From the NCBI GenBank assembly GCA_951406725.2, contig OX597820.1:17546001-17610000 (forward strand): DNA of 64,000 bases. Direction: 5' to 3'. Source of the DNA: Octopus vulgaris (Eukaryota). Positions within the stretch are counted from its first letter, which is position 1. The number at the start of each line of letters is the position of its first letter. Below the pieces are notes generated by a model that saw nothing but the letters and a program-made list of their open reading frames with translations, was not told the DNA's origin and made no database searches. Below are positions 26,388 through 39,312 of the stretch, piece by piece. The position numbers were made by a program, and so were the translations under genes.

Positions 26388-26848
26388 TTGTTTGTGTGTG
26401 TGCAATTAACTATTTGTATGATTTTATTGTATTAAGGCATTTTAGTATAAAGGGCACGATATCAGCACATTCATGTATATACCATATACAAACATACCCG
26501 TGTATACACATGCATATAAGGACATATTCATACACTTCCACATGAAATTATATGCCCATGAGATTTCACGAACTAATATAGAGAAAGTTCCAAGAATGGT
26601 GTTTACATAAAATAAGGTCAAAAATGGGTTAAATGACCCCAACACCTGTTTCAGACACATTTTTTTTTATTGATGTATATAATTCGATTACATCATGAAA
26701 AATACTATTTTCTTCGGGTGAATTAAAAAAATTTAATTTGGTTCGGAGAATATATATACATATACATTACACATACATGCATAAGAATGTTTGCACGCAT
26801 ACATACATTGCATATGTATATATGCGTACATACATAGTATGCATTTAA

Positions 26849-27446
26849 GTACATAATTTGGATCGAGTGATCAGTTATCTACTACATTATTTACATTTGA
26901 TGGATATTTGTCTTCATCTTGTTTGTTGTTAGCACAACGTTTCGGCTGATATACCCTCCAGCCTTCATCAGCCTTTTCCATATATTATTATTATCATTAT
27001 TCAGTTCGAACTTGAAATCTTGGGCTTAGTAGCCCGCGCTCGTAGCTACTATGCCATATGCCCGTGGGTAATTATGGAGTGAATTTTAGGGCTTATAAAT
27101 CTAATTTTCTCCTATCTTCCTTAATACCGGTTCCCATATGCTACTCATATCTGCACTAGGTCTGCTTAGGAGGTTGTTATATCCTAGCATATATGCATAT
27201 GGCGTAGTGGTTAAGAGCGCAGGCTACTAACCCCAAGATTCCGAGTTCGATTCCAGGCAGTGACATGAATAATAATAATAATGATAATAATGATAATAAT
27301 AATAAACCTTAAGAATGAGAACCCAGCTTTGAAACTTCCCCAGAGGACACCTGTTGAAGGCTGGAGGGTATATGAGCCGAAACCCTTTGTTGACAACAAA
27401 CAAGATCAGGACAAATGTCCGTCAAATGTAAATAATGTACATAATT
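26849..27446. mobile_element. Foldback element F3: two inverted copies of a [tRNA-like head - (AAT)n - hammerhead - tail] unit around a spacer of about 130 bp
   Basis: 26883-27061 (-) is the reverse complement of parts of 27195-27439 (+). A box TGGCGTAGTGG at 27200, B box GAGTTCGATTCC at 27243. Hammerhead CTGATGA-A-GGCTG..CAGCC-GAAA-CGTT at 26936-26971 (-). gtacataatt is repeated at 26849 and 27437. Confidence 0.75.
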
Positions 27447-27771
27447 CCTCATCTCTGAAATATAGAACAGTTTTCTACTGTAAAACCCCTCAATATTATA
27501 GAGAGAGTGGGTATGTCCAGATGCTACGATGCTCATCCCAGAGTTGACGGGAAAATTCTCACTTGCAAGATCCTATATTTTGAAAAAAAATTAGGGGAAG
27601 AAGTGAAGGGCATGCTTTGGATAAGATGAAGAATGAGTAGGATGAGGTGAAGAAACAGAGGGACAGAATATTAATGAAGGGAGGAAGACGAGTAGGAAAT
27701 TTAGATAGAGACGGAGACAAATATGATTTACGGGAGAGTGAAGGGGGAGTTTCGTTAAAAAGTAATAATAA

Positions 27772-27812
<41 letters not shown>

Positions 27813-28273
27813 GATGGGCTACAGCAGATATTCTGCTCAATACCACAGATTTGCTTGTCAGTTGTTTGACCTTAATCAGTTGAGCATGTCCTTTAGTGGC
27901 TGACGATATGTGCATCTCTGACCACGAGCAGAAGTAGTGGGGGAGCATCATAGCCATGTGTTGAGAGGGATTCTTTGGGGCTTGAATTATTCACCTCTGG
28001 AAATATGGGTGTTTCGTTCAACAACCTTAAACAACCCTTATTCAGGGACCTTTTGAGCGGAATGGGTTACTCGACCAGAAGAAAATTCTAATTGGTCCCC
28101 ACCTGCAAAGTCATGAGCTGTTTATCTTGATATGAGATCACCATGTCGTGCACATATGGCTGTGATGCATGTGCCTGGTGTACCCTTATCAGACGGGTAG
28201 TCATGATGGGTATACTGGGCTTCGAATATTTTACCCCAGTGTCACTTTGATGACATGCGTTGCTCTCTCACTC
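27813..28273 (+). mobile_element. About 460-bp non-coding insert flanked on both sides by (AAT)n
   Basis: A moderate-GC block between (aat)n at 27763-27810 and 28274-28359; no credible ORF. Confidence 0.5.
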
Positions 28274-28286
28274 AATAATAATAATG

Positions 28287-28360
<74 letters not shown>

Positions 28361-29140
28361 GAGGAGGAGGAGGAGGAGGAGGGCCTCTCTCGTCGAAGGG
28401 GAAGTATGGGTCTTCAGCTTTTTGCTGAACGACCTGCAAAATGATTTGTTTATAGTTCGAGCGGCACATTAGCTTGCTCTCTCCATCAAATGGAGGCTGT
28501 CTGAACAGGTGCACGGTGTACCACGCTTCAGGTGTCGAAGTGAATGCAGAGCAGCGTGAGATGAAGTGTTTTGCTCAAGAACACAACGCACCACCCGGTC
28601 TACGAATTGAAACCAAGGTCTCGCGATCGTGAGTGAAACGCCCTAACAACTAGGCCATATGTCTTCACTGACGCCCTTTTTTCTCACATGCTCTTTGAAT
28701 ATAGTGTGTAAGAGTGACGGGAGAAAGCAGGCAAGTACGGTGATAAGAATAACAAAATTAATGCAGGTTGTGACAAAGAGGAAGAGGGTAATAAAAATTA
28801 AAATTTCCTATTTTGAGACAATTCCGAAGCTTTTTAAGTTTTTATTTTTTTCAGCCGATTAACTGTTTATCGATCCCGAGATAATAAAACAGAAATTTAA
28901 CGGGATTTCAAATCGGAACACAACGATCCGGAATATACTCTGCAATATCCTAGTAATCCCATGTCCCTTTAGTAATATCAATATTCGTGGCACTCTGTCG
29001 GTTACGACGACGAGGGTTCCAGCTGGTCATTCCTCTTAATTTTATATGTAACACAATTTTTAATCTTCGGATTTTTAAATATGCTAAGCCACTGGCTTTA
29101 ATTGATTAACATCAATTTCTACCCTTATTATATATATATA

Positions 29141-29357
29141 TCAGAGTAAGCACATTAATGCGAAAAATAGTACTAGAATACTAGAGGTAGAGTAATATGC
29201 TTTATTAAAAAGCAGCGAAAATATCAGAAAGACTGTTACTCAGAGTTTCACGTTCCCGTTCGTCGGATAGTTCTGTTTCTAAACAAAACTGTCCGACGAA
29301 CAGGAACCTGAAACTCTGAGTAACAATTTCTGTGATATTTTTGCTGCTTTTTAATAA
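29141..29357. mobile_element. Foldback element F2: 156-bp imperfect palindrome (29202-29357) with hammerhead motif in each arm and about 60-nt one-sided tail
   Basis: ttattaaaaagcagc...gctgctttttaataa; centre tgttt-ct-aaaca. Arm consensus ACTGT-CCGACGA-ACG ggaa CGT-GAAA-CTC t GAG-TA-ACAGT. Preceded by (TA)n. Confidence 0.8.
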
Positions 29358-29610
29358 TGTATATGTACACACACACACACACAAGTGTGTGTGCATATAT
29401 ATATATATATATATGATGAAAGGTAAACACCTTGAAACTCGGGTACGTGTGTATCATGCGTTGAAGACGGGGAGGATGACTCCCCTTCACAAATACTGAC
29501 AGGACACAGATAGTGTGTCTATAGCCAGCTGGAGGAGGTATCTTCCTGGGGCTACAAACTACAGTAGCATCCACCCTTATGGGTTAGCCATATTCAAATG
29601 GCATATATGC

Positions 29611-29688
<78 letters not shown>

Positions 29689-30688
29689 TAGGAAATAGTG
29701 CCACAACAAGGTATCAATTTTTGCTGGAAATATCAATCGATAACCGTTCGACGCTAGGTAAAGCTTCACTGAATGCATAAAGGCAAAAATGTTTGCGGGA
29801 AGTGAACATAAAAAAATAATTTGCTTTACTTCTAGGAAGAATACCAGAGAAATGGACAACCTATATTCTGTTTCGCTGTTTACTAAATCCTCTCGCAAGG
29901 CTTTGGTCAACTCGAGACGATAATAGAAGATACTAGCTCAAAGTACCCCGCATTGAGACTGGACCTGGAACCATATGGTTGGGAAGCAAGCGTGTTACCA
30001 CACAGCCACGCCAGCGTGTATGACGACTTTTCGTAATAAGTTAGAGATAAGTGTACTTTGTCACTACACTTGTAGATAAAAAATATTTATGAGAAAATAT
30101 ATCAAAGCTTTTTGGCGAAAGTGAAACGATGACATATTGTAAAAAAAAAGTAGAGTGAAACTTTGATAAAGAAAAAAATTTACTAAAAGCTTAAAGCTAT
30201 TAATAAAGGACGGAAATTAGTTTTCACTGTAGGTGAGGTGAAGTTAAGAATAAAAGGCTGGAGATGGAACTGGGGACAATACAGATTCATTTAGCAATCG
30301 TAAGAAATCAATAATCTGGAGATTTCGATGAAAATACGGCGATATTTTTTATAATATAATGAAAGATTTGGTTGAATTATAAATATAATTAATATAAATA
30401 TGCTATAAGGGGGGAATTTTATCGGAAATGTGTAGAAGTGCAAGGAAATAACAAGGAAATTACTTGGAAAAAAAATACACGGAAAATAATGGGAAATATT
30501 TGTAGCGGTCCATGAATAAGGATGAAAAATGTGTGACATGTAGATGAAAACTACGGAAGATAAAGAAAATATATGGAAAATTCACGAACAAGTACATGAA
30601 AACTACAAGAAAATATGCAAGGAAAACTTTAAGAGTGGACTAAAGAAATGTGGTTGTTATGTCGAGTAGAGGTAAGTAGTGGTTTAAT

Positions 30689-31076
30689 GGAGGCGCAATA
30701 GCCCAGTGGTTAGGGCAGCGGACTCGCGGTCATAGGATCGCGGTTTCGATTCCCAGACCGGGCGTTGTGAGTGTTTATTGAGCGAAAACACCTAAAAGCT
30801 CCACGAGGCTCCGGCAGGGGATGGTGGTGATCCCTGCTGTACTCTTTCACCACAACTTTCTCTCACTCTTACTTCCTGTTTCTGTTGTACCTGTATTTCA
30901 AAGGACCGGCTTTGTCACTCTCTGTGTCACGCTGAATATCCCCGAGAACTACGTTAAGGGTACACGTGTCTGTGGAGTGCTCAGCCACTTACACGTTAAT
31001 TTCACGAGCAGGCTGTTCCGTTGATTCGGATCAACTGGAACCCTCGTCGTCGTAACCGACGGAGTGCTTCCAGTCC
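30689..31076 (+). mobile_element. Chimeric SINE: family-C head with family-D tail, 11-bp TSD
   Basis: agtggtttaat at 30678-30688 and 31077-31087. The tail ...ggaaccctcgtcgtcgtaaccgacggagtg is shared with 55406-55727. Confidence 0.8.
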
Positions 31077-31390
31077 AGTGGTTTAATGAGTTGAAGGCTG
31101 GGGTAAACAACGATGAAGAAATTCTGAATGAAAGCCAACGTAGACCATCGTTTGTAAAATAGCAGGTAGGAGATGAAGGATTTCAAGGGAGTCTATACAT
31201 GTTTTGCAATATTCCGGGAAGGATTCTCATTTGTGCTGGAGTTAATGGTGGTGATCGTATTTGTAGGTTTGGATATTACCTGTAAACTGTGTATTTTGAT
31301 AAGGAATGCACATGATTTATAATTGTAGGAATACAACTTTCCGATTTTTTTTTTAGAATGCTCCTTGCCTTGTAGAATTTTGAACGCATT

Positions 31391-31800
31391 TACTCTCTTT
31401 ACCCTTTTACTTGTTTCAGTCATTTGACTGTGGCCATGCTGGAGCATCGCTTTTAGTCGAGCAAATCGACCCCCAGGACTTATTCTTTGTAAGGCTAGTA
31501 CTTATTCTATCGGTATCTTTTGCCAAACCGCTAGGTTACGAGGACGTAAACACACCAGCATCGGTTTTCAGGCGATGTTAGTGGGACAAATAGACACACA
31601 AACATATACACACACATACATACATACATATATATATACGACGAGCTTCTTTCAGTTTCCCTCTACCAAATCCACTCACAAGGCTTTAGTCGGCCCGAGG
31701 CTATAGTAGAAGACACTTGCCCAAGGTGCCACGCAGTGGTATTGAACCCGGAACCATGTAGTTCGTAAGCAAGCTACTTACCACACAGCTACTCCTAAGC
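31391..31800 (-). mobile_element. SINE-A full length
   Basis: Reverse complement of 27-488. Confidence 0.85.
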
Positions 31801-32032
31801 CTTACTAAATACAAACCACTTATCCTTTCATCTCTAATGTAAAGAGTGCCACGAATGATCATCTCCAGTTTAGGATGTCTGGTATATGGTTAGTTTTTGT
31901 TATTGTAGATATGCATTTAGGGAATATCATTTTCTCCCAGTGTAATGATTGAAGGAAAATATGTGTTGGTAGTAACGAATTTTGAACGTGTTTGTAGTGA
32001 TGTCAATGCAAATCTTGGAAGTAGGTAGTGTA

Positions 32033-33281
32033 TTAGGTTGGTAACAAAGTTCCCGCCGTTTTTTTTAAATTTAATTTTTTTTAAAGGTTTAATAAAAAAT
32101 AACAACTAATTAATCAATAATGTATTTACCCTTGTTGTATACAACTTCTTTCCAACGTTCAACAAGATTTTCAATACCTCGTTGGTAGAAATCACCCGAT
32201 TTCGACTCGAAAATTTGATCCAACCAAGCTCTCAATTTTGCATCAGTATTGAATGAAACTCTGTGCACAGCATTTGAAAGAGATTGAAAGAGGTGGGAAT
32301 CTGTTGGTACCAAATCTGGAGAGTACGGTGGGTGTGGCAGCACTTCCTAGCCATGCGTTTGAATGGCTTCCTTGGTCATATTGGCGATATGAGGGCGGGC
32401 ATTGTCGTGCTGCAGAACTCCATGCTGCCGATTAGGTCTTTTCTCTTGAATAGCCGTGTTAGTCGTTCCATCTGTTGAACATAGAATTCTGCGTTGACCG
32501 TTTTGTTCCGTTCAAGCAATTCGTAATGGATAATCCCTTCCCAGTCCCACCATACGCACAACATTGTTTTACGCGGATGAAGACCTTGTTTTACGCACTG
32601 TGTCACTTGTTTACCGGGGCTAAGCGATTCCTTACACTTCTTCATATTGATGTACAGGTACCATTTTTCGTCGCCAGTAACGATTCGGTAAAAAAAAAAT
32701 CGTTGATTGTGTCCATGAGTTGAGCGGTGACGAGCAAGCAAATCAGGGGAGATTGTGGCTCGCTGATTTTTGTTGTTGTCACTTAAAGCATGCGGAACTC
32801 ATGCTCCATACTTCTGAACCTTCCCCATCGAGTGAAGGTGCTTTTCTATAACAGTGTAGGAGCATTCCATTTTTTCTGCCAGTTCTCTTGTCGTTTGACG
32901 AGAATTTTCGTACAAAAGTTGGTTTAATCGCTCCTCATCGAACTCAACTGGACGGCCAGAACGAGGTGCGTCTTTGAGGTCTAAATTTCCATTTTTGAAC
33001 TTGGCATACCAATCACGATCGGTTCTTTCAGCTATGGCACCCTCTCTATACACAGCGCAAATGTCGCGAGCAGCTTTTGCGGCCTTAGAACCTTGATTAA
33101 AAGCAAAAAGGAGGTGTCAAAAATGCTAGCTTTTCTTAACTTGGCATTCCATTTTAATGATCTAAAACTAAACAAAAATTAACTAAAATTAACTAGAAAA
33201 AAAAATAGATTCCAAAATTTAAAAACGCAATAAATTCCAAAATTTAAAAACAAAACTGCGGGAACTTGGTTGCCAACCTAA
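32033..33281 (-). mobile_element. Full-length but inactivated mariner transposon (Hsmar1/cecropia-like TIR)
   Basis: TA-flanked TIRs ttaggttggtaacaaagttcccgccgtttt / aaaactgcgggaacttggttgccaacctaa. Transposase pieces: PRSGRP, IVTGDEKW, KTMLCVWWD, HPPYSPDLVPTDSHLF, LVERWKEVV..KGKY. Frameshifts and stops. Confidence 0.93.
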
Positions 33282-33617
33282 TATTTGATTAAACAGTTGA
33301 AATTATGTGTAAGCGGACAGATTATTTGTATATACAGCAGGGTGAGATAGGATGAAGTGGTATATTGGTTGGAGGCAGGGGCTTTGCCGTATGAGATGTT
33401 TATTTTTCATATATTAAATATATAATATCTGTATTGAAGAGGAAAGTATTTTTTAAGGTAGTAAAATAATTTAAGAGTTTATCAACAATGCTGACTACAG
33501 CTAAATTATAGAGTGTATTACATCGACTTATACTTTTTTATTGTTCCAATTATGTATTACGTTGGTGTTCGACACAGGTATGTTTCCTTGACTTTGCTTC
33601 GTTTTAAGTTATCATTA

Positions 33618-34012
33618 GGCGTAGGAGTGGCTGTGTGGTAAGTAGCTTGCTTACGAACCACATGGTTCCGGGTTCATTCCCACTGCGTGGCACCTTGGGC
33701 AAGTGTCTTCTACTATAGCCTCGAGCCGACCAAAGCCCTGTGAGTAGATTTGGTAGACGTAAACTGAAAGAAGTCCATCGTATATATGTATATATATGTA
33801 CGTGTGCATATGTTTGTGTGTCTGTTTGTCCCCTCAGCATTGCTTGACAACCAATGCTGGTGTGTTTACGTCACCGTAACTTAGCGTTTCGGCAAAAGAG
33901 ACCGATAGAATAAGTACTAGGCTTACAAAGAATAAGTCCTGGGGGTCGATTTGCTCGACTAAATGCAGTGATCCAGCATGGCCGCAGTCAAATGACTGAA
34001 ACAAGTAAAAGA
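33618..34012 (+). mobile_element. SINE-A full length
   Basis: Matches 27-488. Confidence 0.85.
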
Positions 34013-34528
34013 GATTACACACACACACGCATACATACATACATACATACATACATACATACATACATACATACGAAATTTTTGTCGGTTATTCTAGTTG
34101 ACAGTTATTCTGGAGTTTGAAAAAAAAACGTCTGGTTGCTTCATGGCGTAATAAATATTTAATACAGCTTAAACTGGATACCACTAAAACCGGAGCCAAC
34201 AACTTGTGCTCTTAAATACAGAAAACACTTCTACATCGACGTAAGCAGTCAACCCCAATACCTGCTCACTAGATAGTGGGTTTCTTGTAATATATTCTAG
34301 TGTTCGACTTTTTATAGTTTTATTGTATATGATTCTGCTAGGATTCTTGGAATCAAAATATAACGCTCGTGTTTACCACTTGAAATTAAACCTGTATATT
34401 TCTTCGATTGGATTTCAATTTGGTTAACCTTTCTTCTCTCACCTTTTCTCGTTATTCTTTCCTTTGTACTTTCCTTTTTACCGTTTTCTTCTCTTACACT
34501 TTACAGATTTTCTCTACCTACTTTCCAT

Positions 34529-34629
<101 letters not shown>

Positions 34630-34643
34630 AAAATCGATAGATA

Positions 34644-35061
34644 GGTGGCGAATTGGCAGAAACGTTAGCACGCCGGGCGAAATGCTTAGCAGTACTTCGT
34701 CCGCCGCTACGTTCTGAGTTCAAATTCCGCCGAGGTCGACTTTGCCTTTCATCCATTCGGGGGTCGATTAAATAAGTACCAGTTACGCACTGGGGTCGAT
34801 ATAATCGACTTAATCCGTTTGTCTTTCCTTGTTTGTCCCTTCTGTGTTTAGCCTCTTGTGGGTAGTAAACAAATAGGTATTTCGTCTGCCGCTACGTTCT
34901 GAGTTCAAATTCCGCCGAGGTCGACTTTGCCTTTCATCTTTTCGGGGCTCGATTAAATAAGTACCAGTTACGCACTGAGGTCGATATAATCGACTTAATC
35001 CGTTTGTCTGTTCTTGTTTGTCCCCTCTGTGTGTAGCCACTTGTGGGCAGTAAAGAAATAA
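34644..35061 (+). mobile_element. SINE-B dimer within a (GATA)n context
   Basis: Head plus two body units of about 180 bp. Confidence 0.8.
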
Positions 35062-35458
35062 GAAAAATAGATAGATGGAAAAATATATTGATAGATAGAT
35101 ATGGATACTTCTGTTCACACAATATTTGTGTCTTCGAGGGTGTATAAATGGCATCGATTTCTGACATAAGCACAGTTGAGGGAACTTTGCAGGTAGACGT
35201 CTTCGATTAGTGGACCACCAACCACATCAAACTTGTTTGTTACTCATTGTATTGACCCCCAAAAAATGAAAGGCAAAAATTGGCTACGTTAGGTTTTAAA
35301 CTGAAGGCGTAGAGGAATCGATGCTGAAGATCGGCTGCTAACAGTGGCCAACTCTCTTATTTTTTCTCTTTATTACCCTGTTTCTATCTATTTATCTATC
35401 TATCTAGCTAATAATCTCTTTATTCATCTGTTTATCTCTCTATAACATATTTATAGTA

Positions 35459-35501
<43 letters not shown>

Positions 35502-35545
35502 ATATATTATATATATATACATAATATATATATAATAGAGATACG

Positions 35546-35582
<37 letters not shown>

Positions 35583-35655
35583 TATACCTCTGTATACATA
35601 TATGTATTCATATAATTACATATATACTCATATATCCATATAAAGGTATACATAC

Positions 35656-35711
<56 letters not shown>

Positions 35712-35961
35712 TTATATATATATGTACATATACATACATATATAAGTACTTATACATATATATATATATTTATGCATATATATTTTTATGCATCTATATA
35801 TATATATATACATATATACACATATATAAACATATACATACATATGTATAATTACATATATTTTCATAATACTTATACATACATATACATACATATATAT
35901 ACATATACATACATACATAATATATATATATATGTATATGAAGAGAGAGAAAGGTAGAGCG

Positions 35962-36001
<40 letters not shown>

Positions 36002-36219
36002 CATAGATACATACAGAGAGGAAGAGAGAGAGAGAGAAAGGACAAAGTGAACGACATATAATCGATATAATTGGTTCCCTGCAGTTAGTGGAATATATTT
36101 TATCGATTCTGAGAGATGAAAAACAAACTTAATCTCTGCGGTGTTTGAAGTTAGAAACTTCGAAACACTGTGCTGACTTTGCTTTTTCACCAAGTTTTTT
36201 ATATATATTGACATGTATA

Positions 36220-36416
36220 CATGCATATATACACACACATGTATATATGGATTCATTAAACATACATGCACACTATAAGATATATACATGGTATATAGTA
36301 TAACGTGCAATACACACATGCATATATACACACACATGTATATATGGATTCATTAAACATACATGCACATTATAAGATATATACATGATATATAGTATAA
36401 CATGCAATACACACAT
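36220..36416 (+). repeat. About 97-bp tandem duplication
   Basis: gtatatatggattcattaaacatacatgcac at 36241 and 36338. Confidence 0.85.
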
Positions 36417-36454
36417 ATATAGGTACATATATAGATATCAGATAGCAGTATAAT

Positions 36455-36900
36455 ATTCCGAACGTGGAGATCCTACCCTACACTGGTGCAGTTACAGTGG
36501 CGCCCCCTATTACCTCATTGTACCTGCGCTAGGTGGGATACGTTTGCAGGATGGAGGACGGCAGGATCCCAAAGGCGGTTTTCTATGATGAACTTCATGA
36601 GGTGGCCAGAGGTTGCGATACAGAGATAAAGAACTACAGCATTTTCTCCAGACACCTGGGAGGAAATACCCCGCAGAGTGATGAATGCCTCCAATCGTTG
36701 AAGCTCGTAATTCCTGCCATTGAAGAGAAAAAAAAAAAACAGAGAGGAATACGAAAGATCTCATGAGAGGCATCACTTGTGCTTCCGTTGTGTCAATTTG
36801 CTTCAACTACGGTAAGGGTCATCGCTGCTGCAGATCAAGTCAGGCCTCGTTGCCCACATGCGAGGCTAACAGAGATGATCACTAACCAAGAACAGTCAAC
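36455..36900 (+). pseudogene. RTE-like LINE 3' fragment
   Basis: RWVGYVCRMEDGRIPKAVFYDEL-type motif, then a terminal ..SGLVAHMR; frameshifted. Confidence 0.6.
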
Positions 36901-36906
36901 ATCGAC

Positions 36907-37235
36907 CTACGACAGACAACCATGAATGACCATGGGATTGCACCCAGAAAGTTCTCCTCCAAAGCACAAGTCCAGGCAAGGTTGTTCATGGAAGACCAGC
37001 AGTCGCCCATGCATACCACACTTTTCTCTCCACATTACCGATGTTATCCAAAGGAAAGGCAAAGACCTATACAGCTTGGTACCAGTGACGTCACAGCTCA
37101 TTTCTACAGCTGAGTGGACTGGAGCAACGTGAAATAAAGTGTCTTGCTCAAGAACACAACACAAAGTCCGTTCCAGGAATCAAACTCACTATCTCATGAT
37201 TGTGTGCCCGGCGCTCTAACCACTGAGCTATGCGG
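36907..37235 (-). mobile_element. SINE with family-D-like head and centre but a different tail
   Basis: Shares cttgagcaagacactttatttcacgttgctccagtccactcagctg with family D; the 3' part is unrelated. Confidence 0.7.
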
Positions 37236-37512
37236 AGAGCTAATTTAGTTATTTCCCAGTAGAACAGAAAAAAGTGACATACAGCCTTAATTGATTTTCG
37301 AACCTTACTGAGTTCTCATGAGTGGTGTCCACATAAAATTGACCAATGCTAGAAACACAAATATTGCTTATATATTCAACAAATCCAGTAATTACAGAAA
37401 AGTGAAGATAATTTACATATCAAAAGTATTAACACTTATTTAATATCAGTGTCCTGTCAACAGGGGTCTCAGTCAACACAGTATCAAGGTATGTTATACA
37501 CACACACACACA

Positions 37513-37696
37513 TGATAGATCGTTAGCTCCTACACGCATTTTTTTCTCTCCTTGTTTTTTTCTGTGTACTTTCTGTCGAAGAGCGTAGGCTCGAAACGTA
37601 AAATACTTTTTCTATTTCTATTCCTGAGCGCTATACTAATACATTTGTTTGTTTGTACTCCACCTGCCTTCGTTTTTGTTTATTTTCGTAAACTTT

Positions 37697-37700
<4 letters not shown>
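37513..37700 (+). mobile_element. PLE-terminus-like repeat with hammerhead-like motif, ending in (TA)n (copy 2)
   Basis: CTTT-CTGTCGA-A-GAGC gtag GCTC-GAAA-CGTA-AAA at 37569-37603; 3' end ...cgtaaactttccc followed by long (TA)n, as in copy 1. Confidence 0.6.
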
Positions 37701-37786
<86 letters not shown>

Positions 37787-38279
37787 ATATAGCACTGTGG
37801 AGCGCTCAGCCACTTGCACGTTAATTTCACGAGAAGGCTTTTCAGTTGAACGGGTCAACTGGAACATTCGTTGTCGTAACCGACGGAGTGAAAGCTATAC
37901 ATATATTAACTACCATGCTGCCGGTGAATCCTACCATTCTACCATTCTAATTCTGAAAGGCTGTGGTCTACAGAGCCGGTCACGTAACACCGAATAGTTT
38001 TTTGAGAACTCATACGCCAGTGACTTCATACGCCTGTGAATACATACGCCACTGACGTCAAGGACAAATTTACTCGGTTATCCTTCAGATACAGGAATAG
38101 GAAAACTTCAGTACCTTGTTCCGGTTCTTTTAGAAGAAAATCACCTCTTCAACATCACATGATATGGCCCGTCCTTAGTCACCTGATGTACGTATTTTAT
38201 AATTTTACCTCCGTGAGAAACTACATATATAGTTCAGCACATAGACAGGTGGACAAACAGATAAGTAGATAGATATGTA

Positions 38280-38335
38280 TGTAGCTAGACAGATAGATAG
38301 AAACGTAGATAGTTAGCAAGACAGATAGATAGGTT

Positions 38336-38432
<97 letters not shown>

Positions 38433-38477
38433 GTTGATAGATAGATAAATAAGTTGATAGATAGATAAATAGTTAGT

Positions 38478-38528
<51 letters not shown>

Positions 38529-38563
38529 ATAAGTTGATATATAGATAAATAGTTAGATGGATG

Positions 38564-38629
<66 letters not shown>

Positions 38630-38645
38630 CAGACAGATAGATAGA
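38280..38645. repeat. (GATA)n microsatellite
   Basis: Seen directly; also at 34529-34628, 44701-44772 and 57931-58027. Confidence 0.95.
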
Positions 38646-39230
38646 AACGTAGATAGGTAAGTAGATAAAAAGTTAGATCGATACATAGAGATAACTATAT
38701 AAAGAAACGTGTCAATGTGTGTTGAAATACATATAAATGCCTATGTATCTATTTATACCTTTTTTTTAATACGTACAATTCCAGTTAAAGAGATGAAGAC
38801 GGAATTCCTTATTTAAAATCAAATTATTACGATGTATTTTTGGCATACAGAAAGAAAAGAGTTAAAGATATTCTATTAGAGTGTTGACATTTCCACTGAA
38901 ATCGCAGTAGTAAGAATAAGAACCGTTATAAAAGAACTAACGGTTAGTCATCCTAATAAATCTAACATCACGAAATTCTATTAGCGTTTGTATGTTCAGT
39001 AAGGGATTTGTTTTCCAAAAGCGATAAAATAAAAGATATATTTCTATAAAAAAGCAGATACTATATATGCAAGCTTAAAAGTTAACATTCGGTTAGCTAA
39101 ATTATCTAGCTGGCAATGTAGATATTTACTTAAACGATCGATAAGTTACCTCCATTCGGTATATTAAGTTTAATTAACATATGCATCGTACTATAATATT
39201 TGTAGTTCTGAGTAGATTTTCTCCGTCAAC

Positions 39231-39312
39231 GTGAGATTAATGCTTCAAGAATGAGACTGTTACTTCAAAGTGAGATTAATGCTTCAAGAATGAGACTGTT
39301 ACTTCAAAGTGA
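39231..39312 (+). repeat. Perfect 39-bp tandem duplication
   Basis: gtgagattaatgcttcaagaatgagactgttacttcaaa x2. Confidence 0.9.

Noticed and set aside
27195-27267. Functional tRNA-Ser gene
   Set aside because: The acceptor stem does not pair well, there is no long variable arm or oligo-T terminator, and it is embedded in a repeat. Treated as a tRNA-derived head.
30689-30765. tRNA genes at SINE heads (also 51640, 55406)
   Set aside because: A/B boxes are present, but the cloverleaf is broken and continues into SINE body.
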